Assembly (NCBI RefSeq): GCF_009914755.1
Contig: NC_060928.1
Reading direction: 5' to 3' (one strand)
DNA from: the human T2T-CHM13v2.0 reference genome, Homo sapiens
DNA length: 64,000 bases
Below, piece after piece: positions 1 through 12,899 of the stretch (the first letter of the stretch is position 1; each line of letters opens with the position of its first letter). The notes below the pieces were generated by a model. It was given only the letters and a program-made list of their open reading frames with translations, was not told the origin of the DNA and searched no databases. The position numbers and the translations under genes are program-made.

Positions 1-145
1 GCCACTATTGATAAGTTAATTCTGCATAGCAGTGAGAATCGATGACAGTGTTGACTCTGTTGGAGTGCAGCATGCTGTCTATTAAAGGCTGAAATATTGG
101 ACTTCTCTCTCCAGCCAAGGAAGGTCGTTACTGTGGGGCTTATTC

Positions 146-879
146 TGTAACTGCCCAATGGGTTCACCTTGCCAGCTGCCTAGGCAGAGCTGATTTATCA
201 AGACAGGGAAACTGCAATGAAGAAAGAGTAATTCACACAGAGCCGGCTGTGCGGGAGACCAGAGGAGTTTTATTATTACTCAAATTAGTCTCCCTGAGCA
301 TTTGGGGATCAGAGTTTTTAAAGATAAATTGGTGGGTAGGGGCTCAGGAAGTAGGGAGTGCTGATTGGTCAGGTTAGAGATGAAATTATAGGGGGGTTCA
401 AAATGAGGTTTTCTTGCTGTCTTCTGTTCGTGGGTGGGATCACAGAATTGGTTGACCCAGATTACGGGTCTGGGTGATGTCAGATGATCCATCGAGTGCA
501 AGGTCTGCAAAATATCTCAAACACTGATCTTAGGTTTTACAATAGTGATGTTATCCCCGGGAGCAATTTGGGGAGGTTCAGACTCTTGCAGCCAGAGGCT
601 GCATGACCCCTAAACTGTAATTTCTAATCTTGCAGCTAATTTGTTAGTCCTGCAAAGGCAGACTGGTCCCCAGGCAAGAAAGGGGTCTTTATGGGAAAGG
701 GCTATTATCAACTTTGTTTCAGAGTCAAACCATAAACTAAATTATTACCCAAGGTTAGTTCAGCCTATGCCCAGGAATGAACAAGGACAGCTTAAAGATT
801 AGAAGCAAGATGGAATTGGTTAGGTCTGATCTCTATCACTGTCATTTCCTCAGTTATAATTTTTGCAAAGGTGGTTTCA
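146..879 (-). mobile_element. Solo ERV1 LTR, LTR8 family
   Basis: TG...CA termini; the minus strand begins TGAAACCACCTTTGCAAAAATTATAACTGAG like LTR8; 4-bp TSD ATTC at 142-145 and 880-883. Confidence 0.85.
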
Positions 880-1017
880 ATTCAACTGAGCATGCTCCCA
901 GTATCTTGCACCTCCACTTTGAGATGATACTTAAACCCCAGAGAAAAGCCATCTGCCTCAACCAGCTGCACCTAAGACCCTGCCCTGAGCTTGATCAGCC
1001 ATGAAGTGCTCACCAGA

Positions 1018-1395
1018 TGTCATGCCAGGCCCCTATTGACTCCGATAGGGATGGCACCATACCCTAGAGGGCAAATAAGAGACCTGGAGACAATGAATGA
1101 GACATAGGGTTTATCAGGGAAACTCCATACAGGAATGGCCCAGTGGTGGCAAGCTGGACAGTAGCACCATTACTGTTTATAAAAAGCATGCAGTTTATAC
1201 AGCATTTTCACTTAGGACCCTCCTCTCAGCAACCTCCATTTAACCCAAAACAAAGGGCTTCAATCCCTTCGATCTCTGGGTTGGCCACTCCTGGATTCCT
1301 TAGCTTGGAACTCCAAACACACATGCTTCTTAGACCCTAAAATCATTCTCAGGGTATGTTTAAATTATTGTTGTAAGGTGCATCTGCCATATACC
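1018..1395 (-). mobile_element. Solo LTR (LTR47-like; subfamily uncertain)
   Basis: Minus strand reads GGCAGATGCACCTTACAACAATAATTTAAACATACCCTGAGAATGA...GGAGTTCCAAGCTAAGGAATCCAGGAGTGGCCAACCC, a recalled LTR consensus. Confidence 0.55.
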
Positions 1396-1601
1396 AGGTA
1401 AAAACATGAGAATCTGTACCACACTGGGCTCAGAAAGTTCGTGTGTTCAGCCAGCAGAGGTCGGCTGACAAGACCATCTCAACCTTGGCTTGGAAAAGCT
1501 CAAGACAGTTAGTGGCTTCCTCAGAAATATGAATCTGTGTGTTCTCTACCAAGCAATAATTGAGATTACTAGGAATAATTGAGAATGTACTTCCTGATGA
1601 A

Positions 1602-4500
1602 TGAGGGAGTACAGGGAACTTCACCTTAAAATTTGGCTCCCTGGTGTAAGGAATGAATTAAAGTCCCTTAGAGGTCAGCAAAAGCTGGAAGAGACTTTTT
1701 CTCTAGCTACATAAGGACAGGACAGACCCACCAAGGAGAATAATGGTTTTTCCTTTCCTTCCCTGTTATCTCATTATCTTTTGCAGAAAAGAAGATCACA
1801 AATGTAACCGCACCTGAACAGACTCTTTCACAAGATAATAACTGTCTCTCAGGCTCATTCTGTTTTCAAAGAGAACCATTTACAAGTTAATCTCCACTCC
1901 CATCCATTCATTCTCCCTAGTAATCATGTACTGCCCCTAAACAGAATTACCTATATTCCCCATCTCTCCCCCAGCCTCTGAAATAAGGCTATATAAGTAT
2001 CTGGGCCCCACTGGGATTTGGGGGTGATATGGTTTGTGTGTTTCCCCACCCAAATCTCATCTTGAATTGTAATTCCCACAATTCCTATGTGTTGTGGGAG
2101 GGACCTGGTGGGAGATTATTGAATCATGGGGGCGGGTCCTTCCAGTGCTGTTCTCATAATAGTGAATAAGTCTCATGAGATCTGATGATACTAAAAAAGG
2201 GAGTTTCCCTACACAAGCTCTCTCTTCTCTTGTCTGCCACCATGTGAGATGTGCCTTTCACGTTCTGCCATGATTGTGGGGCCTCCCCAGGCAAGTGGAA
2301 CTGTAAGTCCAATAAACCTCTTTCTTTTGTAAATTACCCAGTCTCGTGTAGGTCTTTATCAGCAGCTTCAAAATAGACCAATACAGCAAATTGGTACCAG
2401 CAGAGTGGGGCACTGCTAAAAAGATATCCAAAAATGTGGAAGCAACTTTGGAACTGGGTAACAGACAGAGGTTGGAACAGTTTGGAGGGATGAGAAGAAG
2501 ATGGGAAAATGTGGGAAAGTTTGGAACTCCCTAGAGACTTGTTGAATGGTTGAATGGCTTTGACCAAAATGCTGATAATGATATGGACAATGAAATCCAG
2601 GCTGAGGTGGTCTCAGCTGGAATAAGGAACTTGTTAGGAACTGGAGCAAAGGTGACTCTTGTTATGTTTTAGCAAAGAGACTGGTGGCATTTTGCCCCTG
2701 CCCTAGCAATTTGTGGAACTTTGAACTTGAGAGAGATGATTTAGGGTATCTGATAGAAGAAATTTCTAGCAGCAAAGCATTCAAGAGGTGACTTGGGTGC
2801 TGTGAACAGCATTCGGTTTTGAAAGGGAAACAGAGCATAAAAGTTCAGAAAATTTGCAGCCTGATAATGTGATAGAAAAGAAAATCCCATGTTCTGAGGA
2901 GAAATTCAAGCCTGCTGCAGAAATTTGCGTAAGTAACGAGGAGCTGAAGATTAATCCCCAAGACAATGAGGAAAATGTCTCCAGGGCATGTCAGAGGTCT
3001 TCATGGCAGCCAAGAAGGAGGCCCAGAGGGCTATGAGGAAAAAGTGGTTTCGTGGCTGGACCCAGGGTCCCCTTGCTGTGTGCAGCCTAGGGACTTGGTG
3101 CCCTGCGTCCCAGCCACTCCAGCCATGGATGAAAGGTGCCAATGTAGAGCTCAGGCCATGGCTTCAGAAGGTGCAAGCCTTCAACCTTGCCAGCTTCCAT
3201 GTGGTGTTGAGCCTACCCGTGCACAGAAGTCAATAACTGGGTTTGGGAACCTCCACCTAGATTTCAGAGGATGTATGGAAATGCCTGGATGCCCAAGCAG
3301 AAGGTTGCTGCAGGGTCAGCATCTCATGGTGAATGCAGTGCAGAAGGGAAATATGGTGTCAGAACCCCCACACAGAGTCCTTACTGGTGCACCACCTAGT
3401 GAGGCTGTGAGAAGAGGGCCACCATCCTCCAGACCCCAGAATGATAGATCCACTTACAGTTTGCACCATGTGCTTGGAAAAGCCACAGACACTCAACACC
3501 AGCCCGTGAATGCAGCTGGGAGGGAGGCTGTACCCTGCAAAGCCACAGGCATGGAGCTGCCCAATATGATGGGAACCCACCTCTTGTGTCAGCATGACAT
3601 GGATGTCAGACATGGAGTCAAAGGATATCATTTTGGAGCTTTAAGATTTGACTGCCTTGCTGGATTTTGGACTTGCATGGGGCCTGTAGGCCCTTGGTTT
3701 TGGCCAGTTTTTCCCATTTGGAATGGCTGTATTTACCCAATGCCTATACTCCATTGTATCTAGAAAGTCACTAACCTGCTTTTGATTTTACAGGCTCATA
3801 GGCAGAAAGGACTTGCCTTGTCTCAGATGAGACTTTGGATTGTGGACTTTTTAGTTAATGCCGAAATGAGTTAAGACTTCGGGGGACTGTTGGGAAGGCC
3901 TGACTGATTTTGAAATGTGAGGACATGAGATTTTGGAGGGGCCAGGGGTGGAATGATATGGTTTGGCTGTGTCCGCACCTAAATCTCATCTTGAATTGTA
4001 ACTCCCACAATTCCCATGTAGTATGGGAGGGACCCAGTGGGAGTTAATCGAATTATGGGGGTGGATATTTCCCATGCTGTTCTCATGATAATGAAAAGTC
4101 TCACGAGATCTGTTGGTTTTACAAATGGGAGTTTCCCTGCACAAGTTCTCTCTCTCTCTTTGCCTACCACCATCCATGTAAGACATGACTAGCTCCTCCT
4201 TGCCTTTCACCCTCTCTCATAACTGTGAGGCCTCCCCAGCCACGTGTGGATTGAAGGGCAGAGAAGGGCAGAGAAGGGCAAAGGTAAGTCCAATAAACGT
4301 CTTTCTTTTGTAAATTGCCCAGTCTAAGGTATTTCTTCATCAGCAGTGTGAAAATGGACTAATACAGGGGTAATCACTGGTTCTTCCCTGTGTGCACATT
4401 AATAGACTGGTATCCCATTTCTCCTATTAATCTCCTTTTGTGAGTTGGATGTTCAACAAACCTTCAAGGGGTGAAACAGAAGATTTCCATCGGCCCCAGT
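1602..4500 (+). mobile_element. MER34/MER39-family ERV1 LTR split by a THE1 insertion (parts ~1602-2024 and ~4367-4500)
   Basis: LTR-like sequence with TATA-like CTATATAAG at ~1989; it resumes after THE1 with the family's 3' end (TTTCTCCTATTAATCT...AACCTTCAAGGGG...GGCCCC). Confidence 0.6.
2025..4366 (+). mobile_element. Full-length THE1 (ERVL-MaLR): 5' LTR 2025-2385, internal region 2386-3953, 3' LTR 3954-4366
   Basis: Both LTRs start TGATATGGTTTG and end AATACA; typical THE1-int sequence (GTGGAAGCAACTTTGGAACTGGGTAACAG...); flanked by G-run TSD (GGGGG/GGGGT). Confidence 0.93.
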
Positions 4501-4727
4501 CTTCCCAAAGGCACAGAGGTTAGGGGTTTCTCAAATATAGTTTGGTGGGCAAAGGATTAGGGTTGGGGGGCATGTTGATTTGTTGGGTCAGAGATGAAAT
4601 CATAGGGAATGTCACTTTATGTATTTATATATATGTTTTTCCTCTCTGTGTGAACCTCACATGTATGATTTTTGTTAAATATATTCAGTACTTACTTTAA
4701 AAAAAAAATACATTCTTTTGTCTAAAC

Positions 4728-4958
4728 TAGTGGTTCTCAAGAGGTGATTTTGTGTCCTGCTGCCAGGGGACATTTGGCAATGTATGGAGACATTTTTGGT
4801 TGCCACCACTGGGCTGTTGGGGGTAGGTGAGGTTCTACTGTCATCTAGTGGGTAGAGGCCATGGATGCTCCTAAACATTCTGCAGTGAATAGGACAGTCT
4901 CAAACATCAAAGAATTATCCTGTCCAAAGTGCCAGTAGTGCTGAGGTTGAGACATCTG
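4728..4958. mobile_element. MER20 (hAT-Charlie DNA transposon)
   Basis: AGTGGTTCTCAA...GGGGACATTTGGCAATGT...GGATGCTCCTAAACATTCTGCAGTG...GCTGAGGTTGAGACATCTG. Confidence 0.85.
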
Positions 4959-5094
4959 CTCAAACTCAAAGACCAGTAAAAATTTAGAAAGAGAGAGAGA
5001 AAAGTAGAGTGCTTTTGAGTCCCCTTAAACTCAGGCTTAGCTCTTAGTTGTATTGATGTAATTATAATTTATTTGCTGTGTTATTTTTTGGCAG

Positions 5095-5726
5095 TGTAAC
5101 CACCCAACCACCCACTGCTCACACAAAATTGACTCACTGAGACCATAGCATTGCAGTAAAGAAAGAGTTTAATTGGCAGAGCTGGCCATGCCATATAGGA
5201 GATTAGGGGTTTTTAAAATGCAGTTTGATGGGCAGGGGAGTAGGGTAGGGGGCATGCTGATTGGTTGGATAGGAGATGAAATCATAGGGAATTGAAGCTG
5301 TCTTACTGTGCTGAGTCAGTTCCAGGAGCCGGGGTGGGGTGAGACAGGACTTGTTGGCAGGTCCAGGTGGAGCCATCTGGACATCTCCAAAAGGCAATCT
5401 TAGCTTCTACAATAGTGATGTTATTTATATTTGCAAGAGTAATTGGGGAAGTTTCAAATCTTATGACCTCCGGAATAATGCCTTGTAATTATTTCTAATT
5501 CAAACCCCTCTTATCCTCCTAACTTGGTGGTCTTTCATTAGTTTTACAAGAACAGCTTAGTTTTGGAGAAAGGCTATTATCATTTAAACTATAAACTAAA
5601 TTTCTCTCTAAGTTAGCTTGGCCCACTCCCAGGAGCAAATACAGTCAACCTATGAAGCTAGAAGCAAGATTAGAGTCAGCTATGTCAGATTTCTCTTACT
5701 TTCATAATTTTGCAAAGGTGGCTTCA
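5095..5726 (-). mobile_element. Solo ERV1 LTR, LTR8-related (second, more diverged copy)
   Basis: Homologous to 146-879 (ends ATTTTGCAAAGGTGGCTTCA); TSD GCAG/ACAG. Confidence 0.7.
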
Positions 5727-6806
5727 ACAGTGCCTGTAATTACTTTCATTGTAAAGTAACATATTTTTATAACCCAATGGCAGTAACTAGATGTTTGATA
5801 TCATCTGTCTATATTCTCTTACCTACCTTCTTTTATATCACATTATTTTAGTCTGAAAGCAAAATAATCCCTTAACATCCTTTCTAAAGTAAAATGATTT
5901 ATCCAGTTTTGTTTTTTTTTCTCTATCCCAATCTTAGCATTTCACCTAGGAAAGACTACAGACGTGTTAATCCATGCACATGATTGTTGGGACCATAACA
6001 GTTAGATGGCCATCATTGTGTTGCTGCAATTAACCTCTTTCCTCCAGGCTTACATGCTTACCACTTCTATGCTTCACAGAGAAATCATGTTCTCTGGGTA
6101 CCTATACTCATCATTTCCTCCACTGATCCTTGTTATTTCCAATTCAACCAGTCTCATCTATGCTTCCCTTTTTGGAGCTCTGTTGCTTCTTAAAAGGAAG
6201 TTTTTATTGAATTTGTCTTCAATCAGCTCTCTCCCTTCAGAATTCTGTGTATCTGCTCTCTTCCACTTAGTGGAAGTGGTACTTGGTCAAATACATGTCG
6301 GTGATGGCGCTCACATTTTGGTTCATACAGCTATTAAACATGTATTTTCTCTCCAACTAGAGAAGCTCCTTTTGGGCAGGGACAATGTCTCACTTTTCAT
6401 GACATCCTGAAGCACCAGGTATAGGACTCAAACAAAAAGGCATCCATTGACTATTGAATTCATGAGTAAAATGTAGATAATAAGTTTATATATTTAAGAT
6501 GACATGAGCATATGACTTTATGTCCTCAGAGTCCTAATTTGGCCACCATGAATTGAAGGAAAAGCATCTCATTTCCATGACAAAATCTTTCCTACAATAA
6601 AAATTGTAAGTAAGCTTGGATACATTTCACATGACTAACTCATGACCAAAAAGAAACTTGATCTGTGACCTTCAGTAACACACTCGATTTAGAAAATGTG
6701 AATGGGCTTAATGATTAGTGACGGTTGCTAAAAATTAAGGCTTTAAAAAATCTTATTTATGTGAATACTAAAGCTGCACACACCTGGAGGTATTAGTTGA
6801 TGTCCT

Positions 6807-7273
6807 TGTTGACCTAAAAGGAGGAGGCTGAGGCACAAAATATAATTTAAAGAATTTACTTGAGCCAAAGGGAAGACAGCTGTTGAGACGCTCTTCCCAG
6901 TTGCACTGGGGAGTGCTCTGTTAGCTTTTGTTGTAAGCAGGTTTCTAAAGGCAAAGGGAACAAGGAATGGTCTGATGTAAAGTTCTTTGACAGGAATTCT
7001 CACTGGTTTTCAGAGAATAACATTGCTTAATGATTGGCCATGCACTGTGGGACTGCAGGATATAGTGTTATAGTGTCTGGCATATGGCATTTGATGGCTA
7101 CTTGGCATCAGTTAGTCTAGAGCCCACATGGCAAGTGGCTTCAAGAGATAATTATTTAGTTCAAGGGGGAGTGATGTGACTGCTGTTTTGTTCAGTGCCT
7201 TTTGGGGCCTGATAATTTAAAGGGGCTCTCATTCTTCAGATAAAAATTTTCTTTCCTTCCTTTTTCCTCCACA
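6807..7273 (-). mobile_element. Solo ERV1 LTR (MER4 group, MER65/MER93-like)
   Basis: TGTTGACCTAAAAGGAGGAGGCTGAGGCACAAAATATAATTTAAAGAATTTACTTGAGCCAAAG ... CCACA. Confidence 0.55.
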
Positions 7274-8309
7274 CCATTTTGAACAAACTTTCTGTTTTCT
7301 TAGTTATCATTTTCCTCCTAATAGTCTTTAGAGCAAACAGAGCAAGTAAGCCAACCAGAAAAGCCACAGAAAACACACTTTCCATATACCTACCGTCTAT
7401 TTTCCTCTTAGACGCATACTTGATCCTACGACAAAAGACTTGTCTCCAAATAAATCGATTTAAAATATGTGAAACATTATATCTTTTAAAAAGTGACGTT
7501 TCATAATAAAACTATGTCTACTATGCATTTGCTTTGAGTTTTTATAACTTTCCAAAAAAGTTTTCCTCTTGCCGGTAAATACGTATCCTATTTCTACAGC
7601 TCTGGGATGGTATCTATTTATTATACATTATTTATCTCTAAAATGTTTTACTAAGCCAAAAAGGAGAAGAACACATCATACGGAACAGTACCCTGTGTAA
7701 GGAGGGAAGTGTCAGAGACTCCATAGTGTACTCCCAGTGTGACCAGTGAGAGCTACTGCCCTGCCCTGAGTTGAGATGTTCTGAAATAGCTATTGCATTT
7801 CTATGTGCCCTCTTTTTCTGCCATTATTAGCAAACAGTTTTCATCCATTGGCTGACAAAACTGGAGTAATGGATAGTGCTGGACCAGCAGTAAAGAAACA
7901 AGGAATATCAGCCTGAATGTGGGAATGCAAGTTTTAGTGCAATTCAACAGCTATCAAGGAAAAGGTCAAGGAGGTCTAGGATAAGGGGCGGCAGGCAAGC
8001 GGGCATCAGTGGAGGCCCTTTGACTTTTTGAAGAGCTTCAGAAACAACACTATAGCCTGGAAAGGCTGATCTACACTGGAAGACATGGTAGCTCCTGGCA
8101 AGGAATGACCCCAGCCGAGAAGAGCAACTGCTAATGCGTGATGAAGGATGGATGAGGCCTGGGATGCAATGGGCTCATAAAGCACTGACTACCTGGAGTC
8201 CGTGAGAGCTCTCATTTCCAGTAGGAAGTTTCACTGTCTCCAGGGCAAATGAAGGATATGTGGACATTATACATTTTTTAAAAAATTTAAGTGCAAGCAT
8301 TTTTGTTCT

Positions 8310-9000
8310 CCCCATTTATTTGTTCATTCATTCGTTTATTCAACTAACATCCATTATGTGTTCTTTGCTGCACGCTGAAGATACAAAAAGCATTAAGAAA
8401 GGAACTCTGTTTGTAAGAATCTCACAGTTCCTTAGGAGCTGGGTGTGGGATGTTCTTTGCCCCTCTAGATCTATTCTCTGCCCTTCGCCACCTTGCCCAG
8501 TGGCTCCTGGAAGCTGACTTTTCTGGAAAGTATCAACAGGGCTCCCTTGCCTTCCAGCTTCAGTTGGGCTCAGCCACTAGGAAGCACAAGAGGAGAGGAA
8601 GGGTAGCAGGAGAGGAAGGGCGGCAGAAGAGGAAAGTGAAGCATTGCCCTGGCTTCCTTCATGCCTGCTAAGGCTTAACAATGGCTGCACTTCCCTAAAG
8701 CCACAACTGCTGAGAAGCAGCCTGCTTCCAGAACTACAACCAGCTCTTCTGTTCCTGGCTTTTCCAGGCCCAGGGCTGACAGTGGCCCCCCACAGTGTAG
8801 CCTGGAAGTGCTTTATCACTCTTGGTTCTCCTTGACCTCTACATGGCCCCTCCATTAAGCTTTCTTTCATTTATTTCCTGTATGATGACATAACAAGGTT
8901 AGCTGGGCAATAAGCAAATATCCTATAGTGTCAAGTGTACAATGAGGGCAAGAAAGGATTAATCAGTCCTAACTGGGGTGGGGGGTCAGGTGAGGCTGTG
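8310..9000 (-). mobile_element. L2 3' fragment interrupted by an LTR33-like ERVL LTR (~8440-8870)
   Basis: ATTCATTC-type L2 tail; GGCTCCCTTGCCTTCCAGCTTCAGTTGGGCTCAGCCACTAGG matches the recalled LTR33 motif. Confidence 0.6.
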
Positions 9001-9379
9001 GTCTATAAAGTCCTGTCCCTATTCACCCTTTCAATTGCATGCTGAAGTTTCTCTAAGAACATGAAATCAATCACATTATCTTCCAGCAATGGCAGTGGAA
9101 AAATCTGATGACAACCCCAGGAAGAAAGTTCAATGGCCATGTGATTGACTATATAATGATGTCCCATTTATCTAAAAATAGTACTTTGCTTAACTTACAC
9201 TGACGCACCTTACAGTTATGAGACACTACCTACTTAAAATAGCATACAGTGAAAGTAGACCTAATCTACCTCCTAGTTGAGTAGTAACAAAAATGTCTAA
9301 CAGTTACTGAGTTCTCAACTAAACCTATAGTATTAATATGATAATTATGTATGGAATTATGCATATAGATATTATGTAT

Positions 9380-9555
9380 AGAAGTGTGTCTACTAATTTC
9401 TTACAATGCCACCACAGAATAATAGTATTATTCCCATTTTATAGCAGAAGAAACTGAGGCTTAGAGAGAATTTAGTGACTTGCTCAAAGTCATAAAGCTA
9501 GTAAGTGGCAGAGCTGGGATTGTAATCCCATCTATCTCCATTATTAACCACTATG
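9380..9555. mobile_element. MIR
   Basis: MIR core CCCATTTTATAGCAGAAGAAACTGAGGCTTAGAGAG...GTAAGTGGCAGAGCTGGGATT. Confidence 0.8.
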
Positions 9556-9585
9556 CTCCCTAATAAAAAAAAAATTCTCATATCA

Positions 9586-9970
9586 TGTGTTAGCTAAGGT
9601 AACATAGGATGCATTAACAGATAAACCCCCAAATCTCAGCGATTTACCATAACATTTATCTCTCACTCATATCAAGTCCAGTTGGTAGTGGTTCATGTGG
9701 GAAGAGTCCACTCTAGCTCAACAGTTCAAGACCCAGGTAGACAGAGGCTCTGACCTCTTCAACATGTACCTCCCATGTTGTCCTGAGTGCTAAAGTCCAG
9801 CCAGCAGAAAGAAGAGAGAGAGAAAGAAGATTTTTATGATTCAGGGGTGGAAATTCCAGACATAAATTCTACCCTTATTCCATTAGACAGGAATCCATTG
9901 TATGATTGGGAAATCAAGTCTAGCTGAGTGTCTAAAAGGAAAGAGAAAGGATTTGATAGACAGCAAGACA
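9586..9970 (-). mobile_element. Old MaLR LTR (MLT1J/K/L-like)
   Basis: TAACAGATAAACCCCCAAATCTCAGCGATTTACC...TTTATCTCTCACTCAT pattern. Confidence 0.6.
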
Positions 9971-10099
9971 CACACTGCTTCCAATTATAACTCCCCAATT
10001 GTTCTCAGGTGACAGGAGGCTCTGTCTCAACCTGATGACCAGAGAATGAGATGAAGATCAAGTGGATTCCACAATATTTAGTTTTTGCTGTCAATATCA

Positions 10100-11010
10100 T
10101 GTCAGTCAGGATCCAGTCAGGAGAACAGATAACACTCTAGGTCTTTCAAACAATGAGAATTTAATAAAAGGAATTTATACAAGGACTGAGAAGCCAAATA
10201 GGGAACTGCAAGACTACCCAGAGATTAGAGATACAGGAGGCCAGCACCATCCCCAGGAATTGAAGGTCAGTAGGATGAAGTGGTGTCATCAGAGTCCCAA
10301 AGCTGGGGCTTTTCTAGTGGGAGATGCCCAGAAGGAGGGACGGGCTATTGGGCAGGGGGTGAAGCCACAAAGGAGACCCAACTACCAAAGAGGGAGGGAG
10401 AGAGAGAAAGAGGGACTCTCTTCCTCATTGCCCCAAGTCTTCCTTTAGAGCCTCATTTTGGCTTGTAAATTAAAAACAAAATTCTAAGTACCCCAACCAA
10501 CTGAATGTACCCCTCTTGGCCAAGGAAACTCCAGAGAAACTGGTTTCCCAGCCATGATGAAACAGACACACCTCATTATACCTTTTCTAATTATGGAGAA
10601 TTTCTGTAATGAGATTCTGCTGGGAGGTGGAGATTCACAACTAGTATGGGAGCTGAAGGGGACAGATACTTCCTTCTTCTTCCTGGAAGAAGAGATTGAA
10701 CACATGACCAAGGCTTAGCCAATTAGATGCTCCCACCTGAGGTCTCAACTCTTGACCACCAGAAACAACTGGAGAGTTTAGAAAGTATTCACAGCACCAG
10801 CATCCACACAAGGCAGATCCAGTGGGGCCCCTGGGCAGCTCCAACAGTCATTCCAGCAGGGTGTTCTGGCTGCTCATGCCAATCATGGCTGTCTGATCCC
10901 TCTTGGTTCCTACCTGTTTTTTAAGTCTCATTCTTCAAACTTCCCTTTGATCTATGAGCTATTCATTATCTGCTTACATTAATGGGTCATTTCTATTGCT
11001 TCAACCAATG
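10100..11010. mobile_element. Mosaic of LTR fragments (old ERVL-type, MER4-type 5' end at ~10464-10585, LTR16-like)
   Basis: TGTAAATTAAAAACAAAATTCTAAGTACCCCAACC is homologous to the MER4 start at 16924; flanking pieces are degenerate LTRs. Confidence 0.45.
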
Positions 11011-11571
11011 CCTGACACATCTACCAATACTTCAACTCACTCCCTCCTTTGTCGTTCTTTTCACCTGTCTGCAAACTTCAGCCTTTGTTTTTTGACTGTG
11101 TCCCCTTCTTTGTTCCCACATCCTGACTTTGGATCATTGCTGGGGAAAAAAAATCACATTCTTCAGATTGGAACCAACTGAGAAGTTCAGGCTCTATAAC
11201 CTCAGGCACAGTCCTTCCAGGAATCCTTAGCTCCTCATCCCATTCCCCCAAAGAGCCACTTCAATTCTTAGACATTCTTCTCAAGCCTCACTTCCATCAT
11301 CTCTTGCCCTCCTCATTCCCAAGAACTTGCAGCAAACAACATAACAACAAATAGCTTGTCTCTGATTCACAGGCAAACTAGAGACCATGAGATATAAACT
11401 TGTCTGAATAAACAATCACTGTATGAAATCGTTGCAGCTACACTCATTATGTAACTAGTATCTTGTGCTTCTCTTTTTCACCTTAAGGTTATTTTCCCTA
11501 AAAAACTACCAAGTATTTACATAGACCACATACACTTTTTCTGCTTAGAGAGTATGTTAATATGTGTGTAC

Positions 11572-11595
11572 TGTGTGTGTGTGTGTGTGTGTGTG
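11572..11595. repeat. (TG)n microsatellite
   Basis: Direct. Confidence 0.95.
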
Positions 11596-12221
11596 CATGA
11601 ACGTATGACACACGTTTCATCTTTTTGTTGGAATAAACTCTCCCTTTCTGTTTTTTTTATTTTGTCCTATAAATGGAGCAGCTATAACTGGTGTCATTTC
11701 TTTTTAGTTAATTCCTTTAGGATATATTTCCAAAATAGAATTATTGGGTTAAAGGGCATAAAGAATTTTTAGAGAGCCAGCTGCATAATGCGAATTTATT
11801 CTCCAGAAAGACGTAACCCTTCTGCAGTGGAAAAGCATATTTTCTTTTCCGATGGTGATGGTGTAGCCCTGGCTACACTGGACATTATTATTGCTATTAA
11901 TTTTGTCTCCTTGTTTTATATTCCTTTTATTCTATTGGCTCATAGACTCTTTTTCTATGAGATAATATACTATCTGTTGTTTTGGATCACCTGTAATCAT
12001 CTACTAAATGTATTCTACCTGTAATTCTTACATGCATGTGCTCATTATGTTTGAATAATGAGGTTTTTATCAGATGTTTAGTGTATTTCCTCTACCGTGT
12101 TTACTTCTTTCAATATTTATTTTAATACAGCATGTGTATGGAAATTTTAGTTTGACTTGACATATTTGATCATATGCATTGCATCTCTGGTCATAGCCTG
12201 TACTTCTTAAAACTTCAAATA

Positions 12222-12645
<424 letters not shown>

Positions 12646-12899
12646 TCAAAATACCATATGAAATATGGATCAAATTTAATTTTTCTCCATGCTGTTATCT
12701 GTTTGCTTGACAATATTTATCAAACAGTGTTTTATCCCCCACCCCCACTACCAGCACTTTTTAAAACTCCTGACGATGATTTTTTGATCCAATATTTTTC
12801 ATTGTGCAGTCAAAGGAATTAATCATTGGAGGCAACTAATATAGGCCTGAAAGCGTTCCTTTGAGAAGCAGGGATTTTTGGCTCCAAAAATCCCACTGG

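Noticed and set aside
2966-3763. 265-aa ORF, the longest in the window
   Set aside because: Lies wholly in the THE1 internal region; such open frames are common in MaLR-int and no domain is recognisable
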